Positions 30,513 through 40,777 are shown, numbered from the stretch's first letter. The stretch: DNA of 64,000 bases from Dehalococcoidia bacterium (GCA_029246995.1 JAQWMB010000004.1:14196-78195); one strand, 5' to 3'. Notes: generated from the sequence alone by a model not told the origin. Made by a program: numbers and translations.

Positions 30513-31019
30513 TTAATTACTTTCTATGTTTGCTATCTGCTCAATATGTTGTAACAGATGGTTGTAATGCCATTTGACTAACTGTTTTACTGAAATTCTG
30601 CCTAGATATAGATGCGTGCCTGCTCGGCCCCATGCTGCGTCAGGCGTTTCTGAGAGCATTATTACTAAGCTTTCGATATTTCCTTTTAATTGACTATGTA
30701 TATTGAGTAAAGCTTTTTCTGATTGTTTTAATTCTGTATACTCTTTATTTTCATTCCAGTGAATTTGTTTTGGGTCAGTATCGGTGAGCATTCTTTTAAT
30801 TAGTAAGGTTATGTTATAAGAATAATTTCGCATATGACACAATACTCTATGTGAAGACCACTCTGCTTCATCAGAGAGAGCATCTATCGCATTATCTTTA
30901 CTCTGGCCCATCTTTTCTTCTCTAAGAGCTTTCTTGACTAAATTAGGTATACTAGATAGCTGAGAAACATTTTCAGCATATTTAATAGGCGCTCCAGTTA
31001 CAAAGTCAATTCTTGACAT
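30513..31019 (-). CDS. DinB-family (four-helix-bundle, His-rich) protein
   Basis: 168 aa. His residues in HRVLCHM and the C-terminal HYNHLLQHIEQI fit the DinB/YfiT metal triad pattern. Its start abuts the parB stop with no gap. Confidence 0.6.
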   Translation of the reverse strand: MSRIDFVTGAPIKYAENVSQLSSIPNLVKKALREEKMGQSKDNAIDALSDEAEWSSHRVLCHMRNYSYNITLLIKRMLTDTDPKQIHWNENKEYTELKQSEKALLNIHSQLKGNIESLVIMLSETPDAAWGRAGTHLYLGRISVKQLVKWHYNHLLQHIEQIANIESN

Positions 31020-31880
31020 TTATTCATCTTCTTTCTGATAATCAATTTTATCTAAAATTCCTTCAAATTCATCAATGCTATGAAAGTTTATTTTTATACT
31101 ACCGATATTTTTTCTATTTATGGTAATTTTAACTGAATTTCCAAAAACTTTAATTAATTTAGTTTCCAATTGTTTTATTTCTGGATCTGTACTTTTTATA
31201 TTTGGATTGATCCTTTTTTTATTTTGATTAGAAATTATTTTTTCTAATTGCCTTACACTTAATTGTTCCATTATGACTAAGTTTGCATATTCATATTTTT
31301 GAGAATCTTCGATTGATAAAAGCAATCTTGCATGACCTGCACTTATTAAATTCTCATTTAGCATGTTTTGAATTTTTATTGGTAAATCAAGTAATCGAAT
31401 TGCATTAGAAATGACCGGTCTTGATTTACTTAACTTTTCAGCTACTTTTTCCTGAGTCATCCCATATTCTTCTATAAGTTTTTTGTATGCTGATGCTTCC
31501 TCAAGAGGGCTTAGATCTTCTCTTTGTATATTTTCAATAATTGCTAGTTCAAATTGTTTTTGTGCTTCGGAATCTTGAATAATAGATAGTATTTGTTTAA
31601 AGCCTGCTTTTTTACTAGCTCTTAACCTTCGTTCTCCAGCTATTAGCTTAAATTTGTTATTTTCTATTTTATTTAAAATTATTGGTTGAAGCAGGCCGTG
31701 GAGCTTGATAGATTCTGCTAATTTATTTATCGAGTCATCGTTAAAATATTTTCTTGGTTGATCTGGATTTGTTTCTATGGTTTCTATATCTATATATTTT
31801 GTTAAATTTTCAGTGTTTTTGGTTTCATTAGAAGGTATTAATGCCTCTAATCCTCTACCAAGTCTGTTTTTTTTATCCAT
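31020..31880 (-). CDS. parB: Chromosome partitioning protein ParB/Spo0J
   Basis: NPDQPRK, GLLQPI, LIAGERRLRASKKAG, and the HTH MTQEKVAEKLSKSRPVISNAIRLL. Confidence 0.95.
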   Translation of the reverse strand: MDKKNRLGRGLEALIPSNETKNTENLTKYIDIETIETNPDQPRKYFNDDSINKLAESIKLHGLLQPIILNKIENNKFKLIAGERRLRASKKAGFKQILSIIQDSEAQKQFELAIIENIQREDLSPLEEASAYKKLIEEYGMTQEKVAEKLSKSRPVISNAIRLLDLPIKIQNMLNENLISAGHARLLLSIEDSQKYEYANLVIMEQLSVRQLEKIISNQNKKRINPNIKSTDPEIKQLETKLIKVFGNSVKITINRKNIGSIKINFHSIDEFEGILDKIDYQKEDE

Positions 31881-32658
31881 TTAAGCCTCGTCTTTTTTGA
31901 TCTATTACATTAATCATTTTATTTACAATCTCTCTATATGCTTTTGCCCCAGATGAATCGTTATCATATTCTTGTATAGGTAGACCATGACTAGGCGCTT
32001 CTGCTAATCTAATTGATCTAGGAATTCTACCTAATAGCATTTCACCATAGTATTGACTGATTTGCTCTTCAATTTCAAAGCTTAATTTATTTCTTTTATC
32101 AAACATTGTCAAAATGATACCTAAAATACTCATTTCTATATTAACTTTTTGTTTGATTAATTTTATAGTATGCATTAAGTTATTTAATCCTTCTAGTGCA
32201 AAATATTCAACTTGCATTGGAATTATGACCCACTTACTAGCAGTTAAACAATTTAATGTTAATAACCCCAATGCTGGTGGGGTATCGATAATTATGTAGT
32301 CATACTGGTTTTTTACGTTTTCTATTTGTCTTTTAAGAATAGTTTCTCTATTCGTTATGTCAACTAATTCTATTTCAGCTGCTAATAAATCTTTATTACT
32401 AGGGAGTATGCTTAAATGCTTAATATCTGTTTTTTGAATTACATGGTTCATTTGATTATTATTAGTTAATATATTATAAATACTATTATTTTCATTAGAG
32501 ATGATACCGAATGATGATGTAGTATTTGCTTGTGGATCGCAATCAATAATTAAGGTACTATTCCCTTTTAATGCTAATTCCGTAGCGATGGTGACCGCTG
32601 TAGTTGTTTTACCAACGCCACCTTTTTGATTACTAATTGCTATAATGTTATTTGTCAT
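31873..32658 (-). CDS. parA: Chromosome partitioning ATPase ParA/Soj
   Basis: Deviant Walker A NQKGGVGKTTTAV, DCDPQAN, IIIDTPP. 8-nt overlap with parB. Confidence 0.95.
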   Translation of the reverse strand: MTNNIIAISNQKGGVGKTTTAVTIATELALKGNSTLIIDCDPQANTTSSFGIISNENNSIYNILTNNNQMNHVIQKTDIKHLSILPSNKDLLAAEIELVDITNRETILKRQIENVKNQYDYIIIDTPPALGLLTLNCLTASKWVIIPMQVEYFALEGLNNLMHTIKLIKQKVNIEMSILGIILTMFDKRNKLSFEIEEQISQYYGEMLLGRIPRSIRLAEAPSHGLPIQEYDNDSSGAKAYREIVNKMINVIDQKRRGLNG

Positions 32659-32681
32659 GACCTCGTTATTATATTAAATAT

Positions 32682-33500
32682 TTAGTTGCTTTCATTATAG
32701 TATATTTCAACTTTTCTTTCTGGACCTCTCCCGCTACTTTTTGAAGCGACTCCTTCTTCTTTTTCAATAGTTAAATGAATAATTCTTCTTTCAGCTGGTG
32801 GCATTGGTTCTAGTATTACAGTTTCTTTTGTCATTCTAATTTCATCAGCTATATCTAATGCCATTTCTGATAAAGCTTCAGTTTTTCTAATTTTATATGA
32901 GTCTATATCTATATTGAAGTAAGTGTTTTCTTTAGATTTTTGACTTACTATAGCATTAACTATTGTTTGAAAAGATCTAATTGTATAGCCCGACTTACCA
33001 ATCAAAATTCCAAGTTCTTTTTTATAATCTCTGGTATTTGGTTTTATATTAAATGATGACTCTATTCTTCCTAGACCTTCTTCTTCATTTTCAGGTATAG
33101 ATGACTTGATACTTGTATCAGGAAATCCTAAATAATTTAATATATCACGAATTGTTTTTCCTGCTAGATCAATTTTATCTTCAAAATCTTCTGTAACAGA
33201 TTCAGGTAGATTGCTAGGCTGTCCTTCAATTTTGATTGGTAATTTAATATTACTAAAATGATTATTTTGATTTACAGGACTTCTTTTTTTATTGTAGTTA
33301 TCGTTTCTCCTTTTTCTAGGGGTTGCACCTTCTTTTGCTGTAACACGAACAACAGCATCTTCTGATCCTAAGCCTAAAAAGCCCGCCTTACCTGTTGAAA
33401 CTATTTCTACTTCAACGTCTTTTTTTGTTAGACCTAGTTTTTTTAGTGCTCGATCTACTGCTTCCTCTACTGTTTTTCCTTTTACTTCTACTAGGTTCAT
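32682..33500 (-). CDS. jag: Jag/KhpB RNA-binding protein (Jag_N, KH, R3H)
   Basis: MNLVEVKGKTVEEAVDRALKKLG (Jag_N), LIGKSGYTIRSFQ (KH GxxG), ERRIIHL (R3H). I prefer the start at 33500 (SD AAGGAAG 4 nt upstream) over the ORF-track start at 33533. Confidence 0.9.
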   Translation of the reverse strand: MNLVEVKGKTVEEAVDRALKKLGLTKKDVEVEIVSTGKAGFLGLGSEDAVVRVTAKEGATPRKRRNDNYNKKRSPVNQNNHFSNIKLPIKIEGQPSNLPESVTEDFEDKIDLAGKTIRDILNYLGFPDTSIKSSIPENEEEGLGRIESSFNIKPNTRDYKKELGILIGKSGYTIRSFQTIVNAIVSQKSKENTYFNIDIDSYKIRKTEALSEMALDIADEIRMTKETVILEPMPPAERRIIHLTIEKEEGVASKSSGRGPERKVEIYYNESN

Positions 33501-34323
33501 TATTCTTCCTTTCACTATTTTCACTATTTTCACTATTTAACTTGAGATTCGTTTTATTATTATTTTTTTCTCCAAATATTGGACCAATTATAGGAAATAA
33601 CTGCAGTTTATTTTTTGGCATTCCAATAAATGCAATATGTAAAAATATTCCGATTATTGTACTTGCACCCCAATATAAACCTAATCCAGCAGGAACTGAA
33701 AAGATTATATAGGCAAAGAAAACTGGCATTATCCACTGCAACATCCTGTTCATTTGTTTTTGTTGATCATTTTGGGTCGTTTGGTTCGATGATGATAATT
33801 TTTGCTGTACATATGCTGATATAAATACGATTAATGCTAAATACCATTTCCCATTTTGACCTAAATCGATAAATAAAAAGTTTGTTGATAAAGGAATAGC
33901 ATCTTTTATAAAGCCTACATCATATAATCTTTCTGATAATTCTGCTATTTTTGTTATTTCTTGTGAAGATGTTAGTCTTATAACCTGATAAAGGCCTATA
34001 AAAATAGGTAATTGAATAAGTTGCGGACCTAAGCAACCTAATGGATTTACTCCTGCCTCTTTATATAATTTCATAGTTTCTTGCGATCTTCTCTTTGGAT
34101 CAGAGTATTTCTTTTGTATTTCCTGTATTTTAGGCTGTATTGTTTGTAAATTTTTCATAGAATTTAGTGTTTTTTTAGTTAATGGATAAGTTATTAGTCT
34201 TGAAATTAAGGTAAAAGCTAAAATTGCCAAACCATAGGAATCAAATAACCAATTACTCAGTGCCATTAAAATATTTAATAATGGATCTTCTACTAAAAAT
34301 CTCCAACCTGAACCAAGAGGCAT
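33412..34323 (-). CDS. yidC: Membrane protein insertase YidC (short, Oxa1-like, no large periplasmic domain) with basic C-tail
   Basis: QPKIQEIQKKYSDPKRRSQETMKLYKEAGVNPLGCLGPQLIQLPIFIGLY, PAGLGLYWG. The tail is ...NSENSENSERKNNEPSRSKRKNSRGSSRSSTKKTRSNKKRR. The 3' end overlaps jag by 89 nt. Confidence 0.92.
   Translation of the reverse strand: MPLGSGWRFLVEDPLLNILMALSNWLFDSYGLAILAFTLISRLITYPLTKKTLNSMKNLQTIQPKIQEIQKKYSDPKRRSQETMKLYKEAGVNPLGCLGPQLIQLPIFIGLYQVIRLTSSQEITKIAELSERLYDVGFIKDAIPLSTNFLFIDLGQNGKWYLALIVFISAYVQQKLSSSNQTTQNDQQKQMNRMLQWIMPVFFAYIIFSVPAGLGLYWGASTIIGIFLHIAFIGMPKNKLQLFPIIGPIFGEKNNNKTNLKLNSENSENSERKNNEPSRSKRKNSRGSSRSSTKKTRSNKKRR
33513..33539. repeat. 9-bp tandem repeat, 3 copies (cactatttt x2 + cactattta)
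   Basis: Read directly. It encodes NSENSENSE in the yidC tail and lies immediately upstream of the jag SD. Confidence 0.9.
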
Positions 34324-34325
34324 TG

Positions 34326-34616
34326 TTATTCCTTCCCTAATTTGAATTTATTCAGATGTTTCACGTGAAACATCTGAATAAATAACTGTGAAGCAGTTTT
34401 TTTGTTACTGGGTACTGGGTCATATGCCATTTTATTAAAAAATACACATTTACATAATCTTTTTACTAATAAAAATAATCCAACAATGATGCCATGTTGA
34501 TTAATTGCTTCGATGGAGTAATTTGAACATGTAGGAGAATACCTACAGCTGATATAAGAGTATGCAGATATAATTTTTTGGTATAATCTAATTACAATGA
34601 TAAATATTTTTTTCAT
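34326..34616 (-). CDS. yidD: Membrane protein insertion efficiency factor YidD
   Basis: YQKIIS....SCRYSPTCSNYSIEAINQHG is the conserved YidD core. Confidence 0.9.
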   Translation of the reverse strand: MKKIFIIVIRLYQKIISAYSYISCRYSPTCSNYSIEAINQHGIIVGLFLLVKRLCKCVFFNKMAYDPVPSNKKTASQLFIQMFHVKHLNKFKLGKE

Positions 34617-34650
34617 AATATGCTTTTATTCATAGCCTTACTAATTATAA

Positions 34651-34977
34651 TTAACTAGCAATGCTTGAGATAACTCCTTGTAAATCACTTTTTATATCTG
34701 TGAAACTTGCACTCTTGATTACTGGTTTGATTTGTATAAGAACATCTATATTAGGTTTAGTTTCTATTGTAGAAACAATAGATTTAATCTTTCTTTTAAT
34801 TTTATTTCTCTCGACTGCATTGCCTTGTTTTCGATTGATTGCAAAAGCAACTCGCATATGATCTGTATTATTAAAAATAAAGTTTAACTTTACATAACGA
34901 GTAGTTATATATTTACCATTATCATATATTTCTTTAAAATCTGCTTTATAAAGCTTAGTACTGTTTTTATTTTTCAT
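34651..34977 (-). CDS. rnpA: Ribonuclease P protein component
   Basis: 108-aa basic protein. GNAVERNKIKRKIK (RNR-like motif). Sits between rpmH and yidD. Confidence 0.88.
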   Translation of the reverse strand: MKNKNSTKLYKADFKEIYDNGKYITTRYVKLNFIFNNTDHMRVAFAINRKQGNAVERNKIKRKIKSIVSTIETKPNIDVLIQIKPVIKSASFTDIKSDLQGVISSIAS

Positions 34978-35010
34978 TTATGTTATATATTTTTCTAGAA
35001 GTATACAGTT

Positions 35011-35148
35011 TTATACTGTTAGAGAAGACCTATTCTTTGTTCTTCTTCGACTTAAAACTGCTCTACCGGCTTTAGTAGCCATTCTTGCTCGAAAGCCATG
35101 TCTTCGTAATCGTCTTCTTGCTTTTGGCTGCCAGGTTCTTTTTGGCAT
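35011..35148 (-). CDS. rpmH: 50S ribosomal protein L34
   Basis: Below the ORF-track cutoff. Hand translation gives [45 protein letters not shown]. Confidence 0.95.
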   Translation of the reverse strand: MPKRTWQPKARRRLRRHGFRARMATKAGRAVLSRRRTKNRSSLTV

Positions 35149-35242
35149 TATCTTTCCTTGTTATTTCTAATTTGTAATTATAACTTGATTATTATTGCAT
35201 ATGATGATCTTGCAGTCACATTTTTTATATCTAATACATGTC

Positions 35243-35749
35243 TTATTTTTTAAAATGTATTTTATCTAGATACCCTGATTCGCTTTTGGTTTTGTTGACT
35301 ACCGCTTGTTTTAATGTTTCTTTATTTTTATTTGTATCTACATCTGATATATTGGGCCAACTTGTTAAAGTAATTAGTGTTCCATTAGGATCCTCCAAAA
35401 AAATTATTCTTTCATATCCTCTTTGAATTTCTTCACTTATTTGTATTCCAGCATTCGACAATGTGTAAAATGCTTTATCTAATTCAGTATTTGTTACATA
35501 TAGTGTCAGATATTGCATCGATCCAACACCCATACTTTTTTCTGCAAGTTTCATTTTTGGATCGTTTGGGCCAATTAACATGATGCCATTACTACTTTTT
35601 GTCATTAATAATACCTGCGTTGACTCTGCATCATCTCTGTTTGCTTCTTGATAAATTTCTTCAAAGCCTAGGCCTTTACAATAAAAATTAATACTTTCTT
35701 GAAGATTTTGGCAAATAATTGCTAAATATCCTATTCCAATGACTTCCAT
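35243..35749 (-). CDS. VOC/glyoxalase-family protein
   Basis: 168 aa. N-terminal IGYLAIICQNLQESINFYCKGLGFEE and the second half-domain pattern are typical of the vicinal-oxygen-chelate fold. Confidence 0.7.
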   Translation of the reverse strand: MEVIGIGYLAIICQNLQESINFYCKGLGFEEIYQEANRDDAESTQVLLMTKSSNGIMLIGPNDPKMKLAEKSMGVGSMQYLTLYVTNTELDKAFYTLSNAGIQISEEIQRGYERIIFLEDPNGTLITLTSWPNISDVDTNKNKETLKQAVVNKTKSESGYLDKIHFKK

Positions 35750-35859
35750 CTTCTGTGCTCCTTAACTAGAATGATTGTATATTATTTTTAGTTGCATCAT
35801 AAATATTATATGATAATAGATCAGTTAATTATATTTTTTTATTTTATTTAGGAGCTTAT

Positions 35860-36477
35860 ATGAGTTTTTTCTTTTCAAATGATATTAATAATAGATTTCC
35901 ATCTTTTGTGCAGACATTACCTATGAATGATCAAGCATTACTAAAGACTGCTTCATTGATTTTATCTGGTGTTTTAATTTTGTGGATGACAGCACAGATT
36001 AGAATTAATTTGTTTTTTACACCTGTTCCCATTACAGGACAAACTTTTGGTGTATTAATGTTAGCTGCAGCATATGGTAGCCGATTAGGCTTTATTACAG
36101 TTTGTAGTTATTTGGCTGTTGGTATTATTGGTTTACCAGTATTTGCAGGTGGAGCTTCTGGATGGGCTTATTTTACTGGTGCCACTGCTGGATATTTAGT
36201 GGGTTTTGGCTTTGCTGCGCTCTTTGTTGGATATTTATCTGAACAAGGTTGGGATAGAAAACCACTTATGGTAATTTCATCAATGTTGTTAGGTAACGTA
36301 CTTATTTATTTTTTTGGTGTTAGTTGGCTAAGTTATAGCTTAGGTATTGGTATTGTAAAAGCTATATCTTTAGGTCTTGAACCATTTCTAGTTGGTGATG
36401 CAGTTAAGATTTTGATTGCAGCCGGTTTATTACCAGGCATGTGGTCTTTAAAATCTTATCTTGACGACGATAAATAA
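35860..36477 (+). CDS. bioY: Biotin transporter S-component BioY
   Basis: TPVPITGQTFGVLMLAAAYGSRLG, GLPVFAGG, GYLVGF, G..W, LVGDAVKI. SD AGGAG lies before the ATG at 35860. Confidence 0.9.
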   Translation: MSFFFSNDINNRFPSFVQTLPMNDQALLKTASLILSGVLILWMTAQIRINLFFTPVPITGQTFGVLMLAAAYGSRLGFITVCSYLAVGIIGLPVFAGGASGWAYFTGATAGYLVGFGFAALFVGYLSEQGWDRKPLMVISSMLLGNVLIYFFGVSWLSYSLGIGIVKAISLGLEPFLVGDAVKILIAAGLLPGMWSLKSYLDDDK

Positions 36478-36491
36478 TTATTAGGAAATTT

Positions 36492-39206
36492 ATGGTTAAT
36501 AAATTTGATAAGGAAATTGTTAGTCTTCTTCATAAAGCATCTAACTCTGCTTATGATCCTGCTTCCTTTGAAAAAGTTGTCTATAATTTTTGGGAATCTA
36601 ACGATTATTTTGAACCTACGGGCTCTGGCGAACCATTTACTATAATTATGCCACCCCCAAATCTTACTGGTGAATTACATCTTGGCCATGCGCTTACAGT
36701 AGCTATTGAAGATTCCTTAATTAGATGGAATCGAATGATGGGTAAAAAGACCTTATGGCTACCTGGAGTGGATCATGCAGCAATTGCAGTTAATGCAATT
36801 GTTGAAAAAAAATTAAATGCTGATGGAATTGATAGAAAAGCATTAGGTAGAGAAAAATTTTTAAAAAAAATATGGGAATTTGTTGGAGATTCTAGAGAAC
36901 GAATAGCTGCTCAGCATAGGAGGCTCGGTGCATCAGCTGATTGGAAACGTGAAAAATTTACTATGGACGAAGGACCTGCTTTAGCAGTTAGAAAAACTTT
37001 TGTTGATCTATATAATGATGGTTTAATTTATCGAGGCGAACGAATTGTTAATTGGGATACTAGTTCTCAAACTGTTGTATCCGATCTTGAGGTCGAATAT
37101 CTTGAAGAAGAAGGTAATTTTTGGTATGTGCGATATTCTCTCGTTGACAATCCCAATCAATATATTACGATTGCAACAACTAGACCAGAAACTATTCCTG
37201 CTGATACAGCCATTGCTGTGCATCCTGACGATCAGAGATATAAAGAATTAATTGGTAAGAGGGTTTTGGTTCCAATTGTAAATCGAGAAGTGGAAATTAT
37301 TGCTGATGAAGTTATTGATCAGAATTTAGGAACTGGTGCACTCAAAGTAACACCCGGCCATGATCAACTAGATTTTGAAATTGGCGAGCGACATTCTTTA
37401 GAAGTTTTATCTATGATTAATCTTGATGGAACTTTAAATGATATTGCAGGAGACTATGCTGGCATTGATAGGCTAGAGGCTAGGCAATTAATTGTAGGTG
37501 AATTAGAAAATCTCGGTATTATAGAAAAGACAGAATTAATTGAGCATTCTTTAAGTATTAGTCAGCGGACTGGTTCTGTAATTGAACCTCTGGTTTCAAA
37601 ACAATGGTTTGTCAATATTAAGCCATTGGCTTTAAATGCCATAAAAGTTGTTGAGAATAAACAAATTCAATTTGTTCCAGAAAGATTTGAAAAAACATAC
37701 ATTCATTGGATGAAAAATATCCGTGATTGGACTATTAGCAGACAAATATGGTGGGGACATAGAATACCTGTTTGGTATTGTGATCAATGTAGTAAGGAAA
37801 TTGTTGCATTTAATGATCCTGATTCATGTCCTGATTGTGAATCCAGTCATATATTTCAGGATGAAGATACTTTAGATACCTGGTTTTCTTCAGGGCTTTG
37901 GCCTCATTCTACTTTAGGATGGCCTAATCAAGAAGATGATGATTTAAATAAATTCTATCCTACTCAAGTCATGGAAACTGGTTATGATATCATATTTTTT
38001 TGGGTAGCAAGAATGATTATGCTCTCTATTTATAATATGGATGGTATTCCACCATTTAAATATGTCTATTTACATGGTTTGGTTAGGGCGAAAGATGGTT
38101 CAAAGATGTCAAAATCAAAGAATAATGTTGTAGATCCCATAAAGTTAGTAGAAGAATTTGGTACTGATGCACTTCGTTTCTCTCTCCTCGCTGGTTCTAC
38201 CCCAGGCAATGATCAAAGAATAACAGAGGAAAAAATTATTGCTGGAAGAAATTTTGCAAATAAATTATGGAATGCAAAAAGGTTTGTTTTATCCTCCACT
38301 AGCGATACTGATATACATTCATTAAGTCAATTAAATATTGAATCAGATGTATTGCAATTAGAAGATAAATGGATTTTAAGTAAATTAAACATTCTAGTTG
38401 ACGACACTCATAGACTTATGTCTAAATTTGAAATTTCTGAGGCCTTAGTGCTTATTAGAGACTTTTTCTGGGATGATTTTGCTGACTGGTACATAGAAAT
38501 AGCAAAAATTAGAAATCAGGACAATCAACACAATAGTTTAGTGACTAATAATGTCCTTGTTTATACATTTTCAACAGTGATCCAATTACTTCATCCATTT
38601 ATGCCATTTATCACTGAAGTTATTTGGCATGATTTAATTGAACAAAAAAATGTAAAAAATTGTGATCCTTTAATTATTTCTTCTTATCCTGATACAAGCT
38701 CAATGATTATTTCAGATATAAATGCTGAAAAAGATTTTGAATCGATCAAAGATTTAATTATAAATATTAGAAACATTCGATCAGAAAATAAAGTCGAAGC
38801 TAGTAAATGGCAGGAAACAACAATTATTTCTGACAGTAGTTTAGATTTAATTAACTCCATGGATCTTATTATCTCAAAAATGGGTAGGTGTGAACCTTTG
38901 ATAACTTTAAATAGTAAAGGAGAGTTGAGTCTTGATGAATGCGCAACAGCTTCTTTACCTGTTGGACTAATCGCTATCCCATTAAAAGAATTAATTAATC
39001 CAGGTGAAGAAATTATTAAAATTAAATTAGAAATTGAGAAAACTAATAATGGAATTGAAAGGTTAAATGATTTATTAAGCAATACTGAATTTATTAATAA
39101 AGCACCTAAAAATGTTGTTGCAAGTAACCAAAAAAAAATGGATGATTTATCAGAACAGCTTAATAATCTACATAATGCTCTTCAAAGGTTTACAAATAAA
39201 AAATAA
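36492..39206 (+). CDS. valS: Valyl-tRNA synthetase
   Basis: 904 aa. PPPNLTGELHLGHAL (HIGH), KMSKSKNN, editing domain, C-terminal coiled coil. Confidence 0.96.
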   Translation: MVNKFDKEIVSLLHKASNSAYDPASFEKVVYNFWESNDYFEPTGSGEPFTIIMPPPNLTGELHLGHALTVAIEDSLIRWNRMMGKKTLWLPGVDHAAIAVNAIVEKKLNADGIDRKALGREKFLKKIWEFVGDSRERIAAQHRRLGASADWKREKFTMDEGPALAVRKTFVDLYNDGLIYRGERIVNWDTSSQTVVSDLEVEYLEEEGNFWYVRYSLVDNPNQYITIATTRPETIPADTAIAVHPDDQRYKELIGKRVLVPIVNREVEIIADEVIDQNLGTGALKVTPGHDQLDFEIGERHSLEVLSMINLDGTLNDIAGDYAGIDRLEARQLIVGELENLGIIEKTELIEHSLSISQRTGSVIEPLVSKQWFVNIKPLALNAIKVVENKQIQFVPERFEKTYIHWMKNIRDWTISRQIWWGHRIPVWYCDQCSKEIVAFNDPDSCPDCESSHIFQDEDTLDTWFSSGLWPHSTLGWPNQEDDDLNKFYPTQVMETGYDIIFFWVARMIMLSIYNMDGIPPFKYVYLHGLVRAKDGSKMSKSKNNVVDPIKLVEEFGTDALRFSLLAGSTPGNDQRITEEKIIAGRNFANKLWNAKRFVLSSTSDTDIHSLSQLNIESDVLQLEDKWILSKLNILVDDTHRLMSKFEISEALVLIRDFFWDDFADWYIEIAKIRNQDNQHNSLVTNNVLVYTFSTVIQLLHPFMPFITEVIWHDLIEQKNVKNCDPLIISSYPDTSSMIISDINAEKDFESIKDLIINIRNIRSENKVEASKWQETTIISDSSLDLINSMDLIISKMGRCEPLITLNSKGELSLDECATASLPVGLIAIPLKELINPGEEIIKIKLEIEKTNNGIERLNDLLSNTEFINKAPKNVVASNQKKMDDLSEQLNNLHNALQRFTNKK

Positions 39207-39252
39207 AAAGTAAAGAGTATTTTGTGAATGATGTTATATAATATCCTATAGT

Positions 39253-39639
39253 TTGGAGCTTATTTTGGATTCTGTTGAAAAACTCTTAATTCAATATCTT
39301 CCAGTACTGATTGCAGCAGTCATTGCTTTTTTTCTTGTTTTTTCTGCTTTAATTGGTTCACGATTACTTGCACCTTTTTCTATTGAAAAACAAAAAGCTG
39401 ATACCTATGAATGTGGGATGATCCCGATTAGAAGTGCTAATACAAATATCGGTATTCGTTTTTATTTTTATGCTATTCTCTTTGTCATTTTTGATGTCGA
39501 GGCATTATTTATTTTTCCATGGGCAGTGTCATTTATTGCTCTTGGTCCTGAGTCCTTTATTTTTATGTCTATTTTTATTTTTATTTTATTAATTGGTTTG
39601 GCGTATGCTTGGAAGAAAGGAGCTTTATCTTGGAGGTAA
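39253..39639 (+). CDS. nuoA: NADH-quinone oxidoreductase subunit A
   Basis: 128 aa with 3 TM helices. YECGM...R......[20 protein letters not shown]. The TTG start is uncertain. An extended -10-like TGTTATATA sits at 39232-39240. Confidence 0.88.
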   Translation: MELILDSVEKLLIQYLPVLIAAVIAFFLVFSALIGSRLLAPFSIEKQKADTYECGMIPIRSANTNIGIRFYFYAILFVIFDVEALFIFPWAVSFIALGPESFIFMSIFIFILLIGLAYAWKKGALSWR

Positions 39640-40217
39640 ATAACGAAAATAATGATCCTGATTTAAGTATTCCTATACTTCCATCTGAACACCCTAATGA
39701 GGAAGATGAACTTACTTTGGCAGAATATAAGCCTGGAAAAGCTCTTTATAAATCTGTATTGCCAGGAATTTTACAGGTACCAGCTGACTTAATTTTAGCA
39801 ATGAGTAGGAAATCTTCATTGTGGCCAATGACTTTTGGCCTTGCTTGTTGTGCTATAGAAATGATTGCTTCTTATATGGCCCATTATGATTTAGATAGAT
39901 TTGGTTCAGTTCCTTGGCCTTCGCCTAGGCAATCAGATGTCATGATTGTTGCTGGAACTGTAACTAAAAAAATGGCACCTGCTGTGAGAAGATTATATGA
40001 ACAAATGCCAAATCCTAAATGGGTTATTTCAATGGGCGCATGCGCTACAAATGGTGGACCATATACACGTTACGATCGCGTGCTTCAGGGAGTGGATAAA
40101 GTTGTGCCAGTTGATGTTTATGTTCCTGGATGTCCTCCGAGACCTGAGGCATTATTAGATTCATTTCTAGTCTTACAAGAGCAAATTATGGAAGATAGAA
40201 AGGCATCAGGAAAATGA
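39630..40217 (+). CDS. nuoB: NADH-quinone oxidoreductase subunit B
   Basis: [35 protein letters not shown] (N2 cluster ligands). I prefer the TTG at 39630 (AAGGAG 7 nt upstream) over the ORF-track start at 39609. Confidence 0.93.
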   Translation: MEVNNENNDPDLSIPILPSEHPNEEDELTLAEYKPGKALYKSVLPGILQVPADLILAMSRKSSLWPMTFGLACCAIEMIASYMAHYDLDRFGSVPWPSPRQSDVMIVAGTVTKKMAPAVRRLYEQMPNPKWVISMGACATNGGPYTRYDRVLQGVDKVVPVDVYVPGCPPRPEALLDSFLVLQEQIMEDRKASGK

Positions 40218-40777
40218 GTGAAAATAATGAAAATCAACAATTAGATTCTTTTCTTGATAACAAGACCAAAGATTTGTTCGATAAATTATGGAATATTATT
40301 GAAAAAAATATTAATGATGTTTCAATTACTCGCATTGATTTAGAAGAAAAAATGAGTAAAGTGGATTTGATCGTTTCTATTGATAAAAAAGATATTCTTA
40401 ATTTATTTAGTCAATTGAGAGAAAATGAAAATCTAAGTTTTGATTATTTAAGATGCTTAACAGCTGTTGATTTACAAGACCAAGGTATTGAGGTCGTCTA
40501 TCAGTTGTATTCTATGAGCACAAAATTCAACTTAACTGTTAAGTCAATGCTATCTAATGATGATCTTAATATTGAATCTGTAACGAGTATTTGGAGAGGT
40601 GCAAATTGGTACGAACGGGAAACTTCTGAAATGTTTGGTATTATTTTTAATAATCACCCTGACCCTAGGAATTTATTACTACCTGAAGATATGCTGGATG
40701 TATTTCCTTTAAGAAAATCACATCCATTAGCTGAAATAGAAGTGTTACAAGGTGAAGATATTGAGCCTTCTCATTAG
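40214..40777 (+). CDS. nuoC: NADH-quinone oxidoreductase subunit C
   Basis: 187 aa. [26 protein letters not shown]...LLLPED. 4-nt overlap with nuoB. Confidence 0.9.
   Translation: MSENNENQQLDSFLDNKTKDLFDKLWNIIEKNINDVSITRIDLEEKMSKVDLIVSIDKKDILNLFSQLRENENLSFDYLRCLTAVDLQDQGIEVVYQLYSMSTKFNLTVKSMLSNDDLNIESVTSIWRGANWYERETSEMFGIIFNNHPDPRNLLLPEDMLDVFPLRKSHPLAEIEVLQGEDIEPSH

Noticed and set aside
33395-33712. 105-aa Leu/Phe-rich plus-strand ORF
   Set aside because: It is antisense to the yidC/jag junction. Its composition is simply the complement of the Lys/Arg/Glu-rich coding strand.
35796-35814. Inverted repeat ATCATA-aatatta-TATGAT upstream of bioY as a possible biotin (BirA/BioQ-type) operator
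   Set aside because: It has only 6-bp AT-only arms and no resemblance to known BirA boxes. Such repeats are expected by chance at this base composition.
35149-35859. Replication origin / DnaA boxes next to rpmH
   Set aside because: There is no dnaA gene, and by eye I found no TTATCCACA/TGTGGATAA-like boxes. AT-richness here is not different from the rest of the window.
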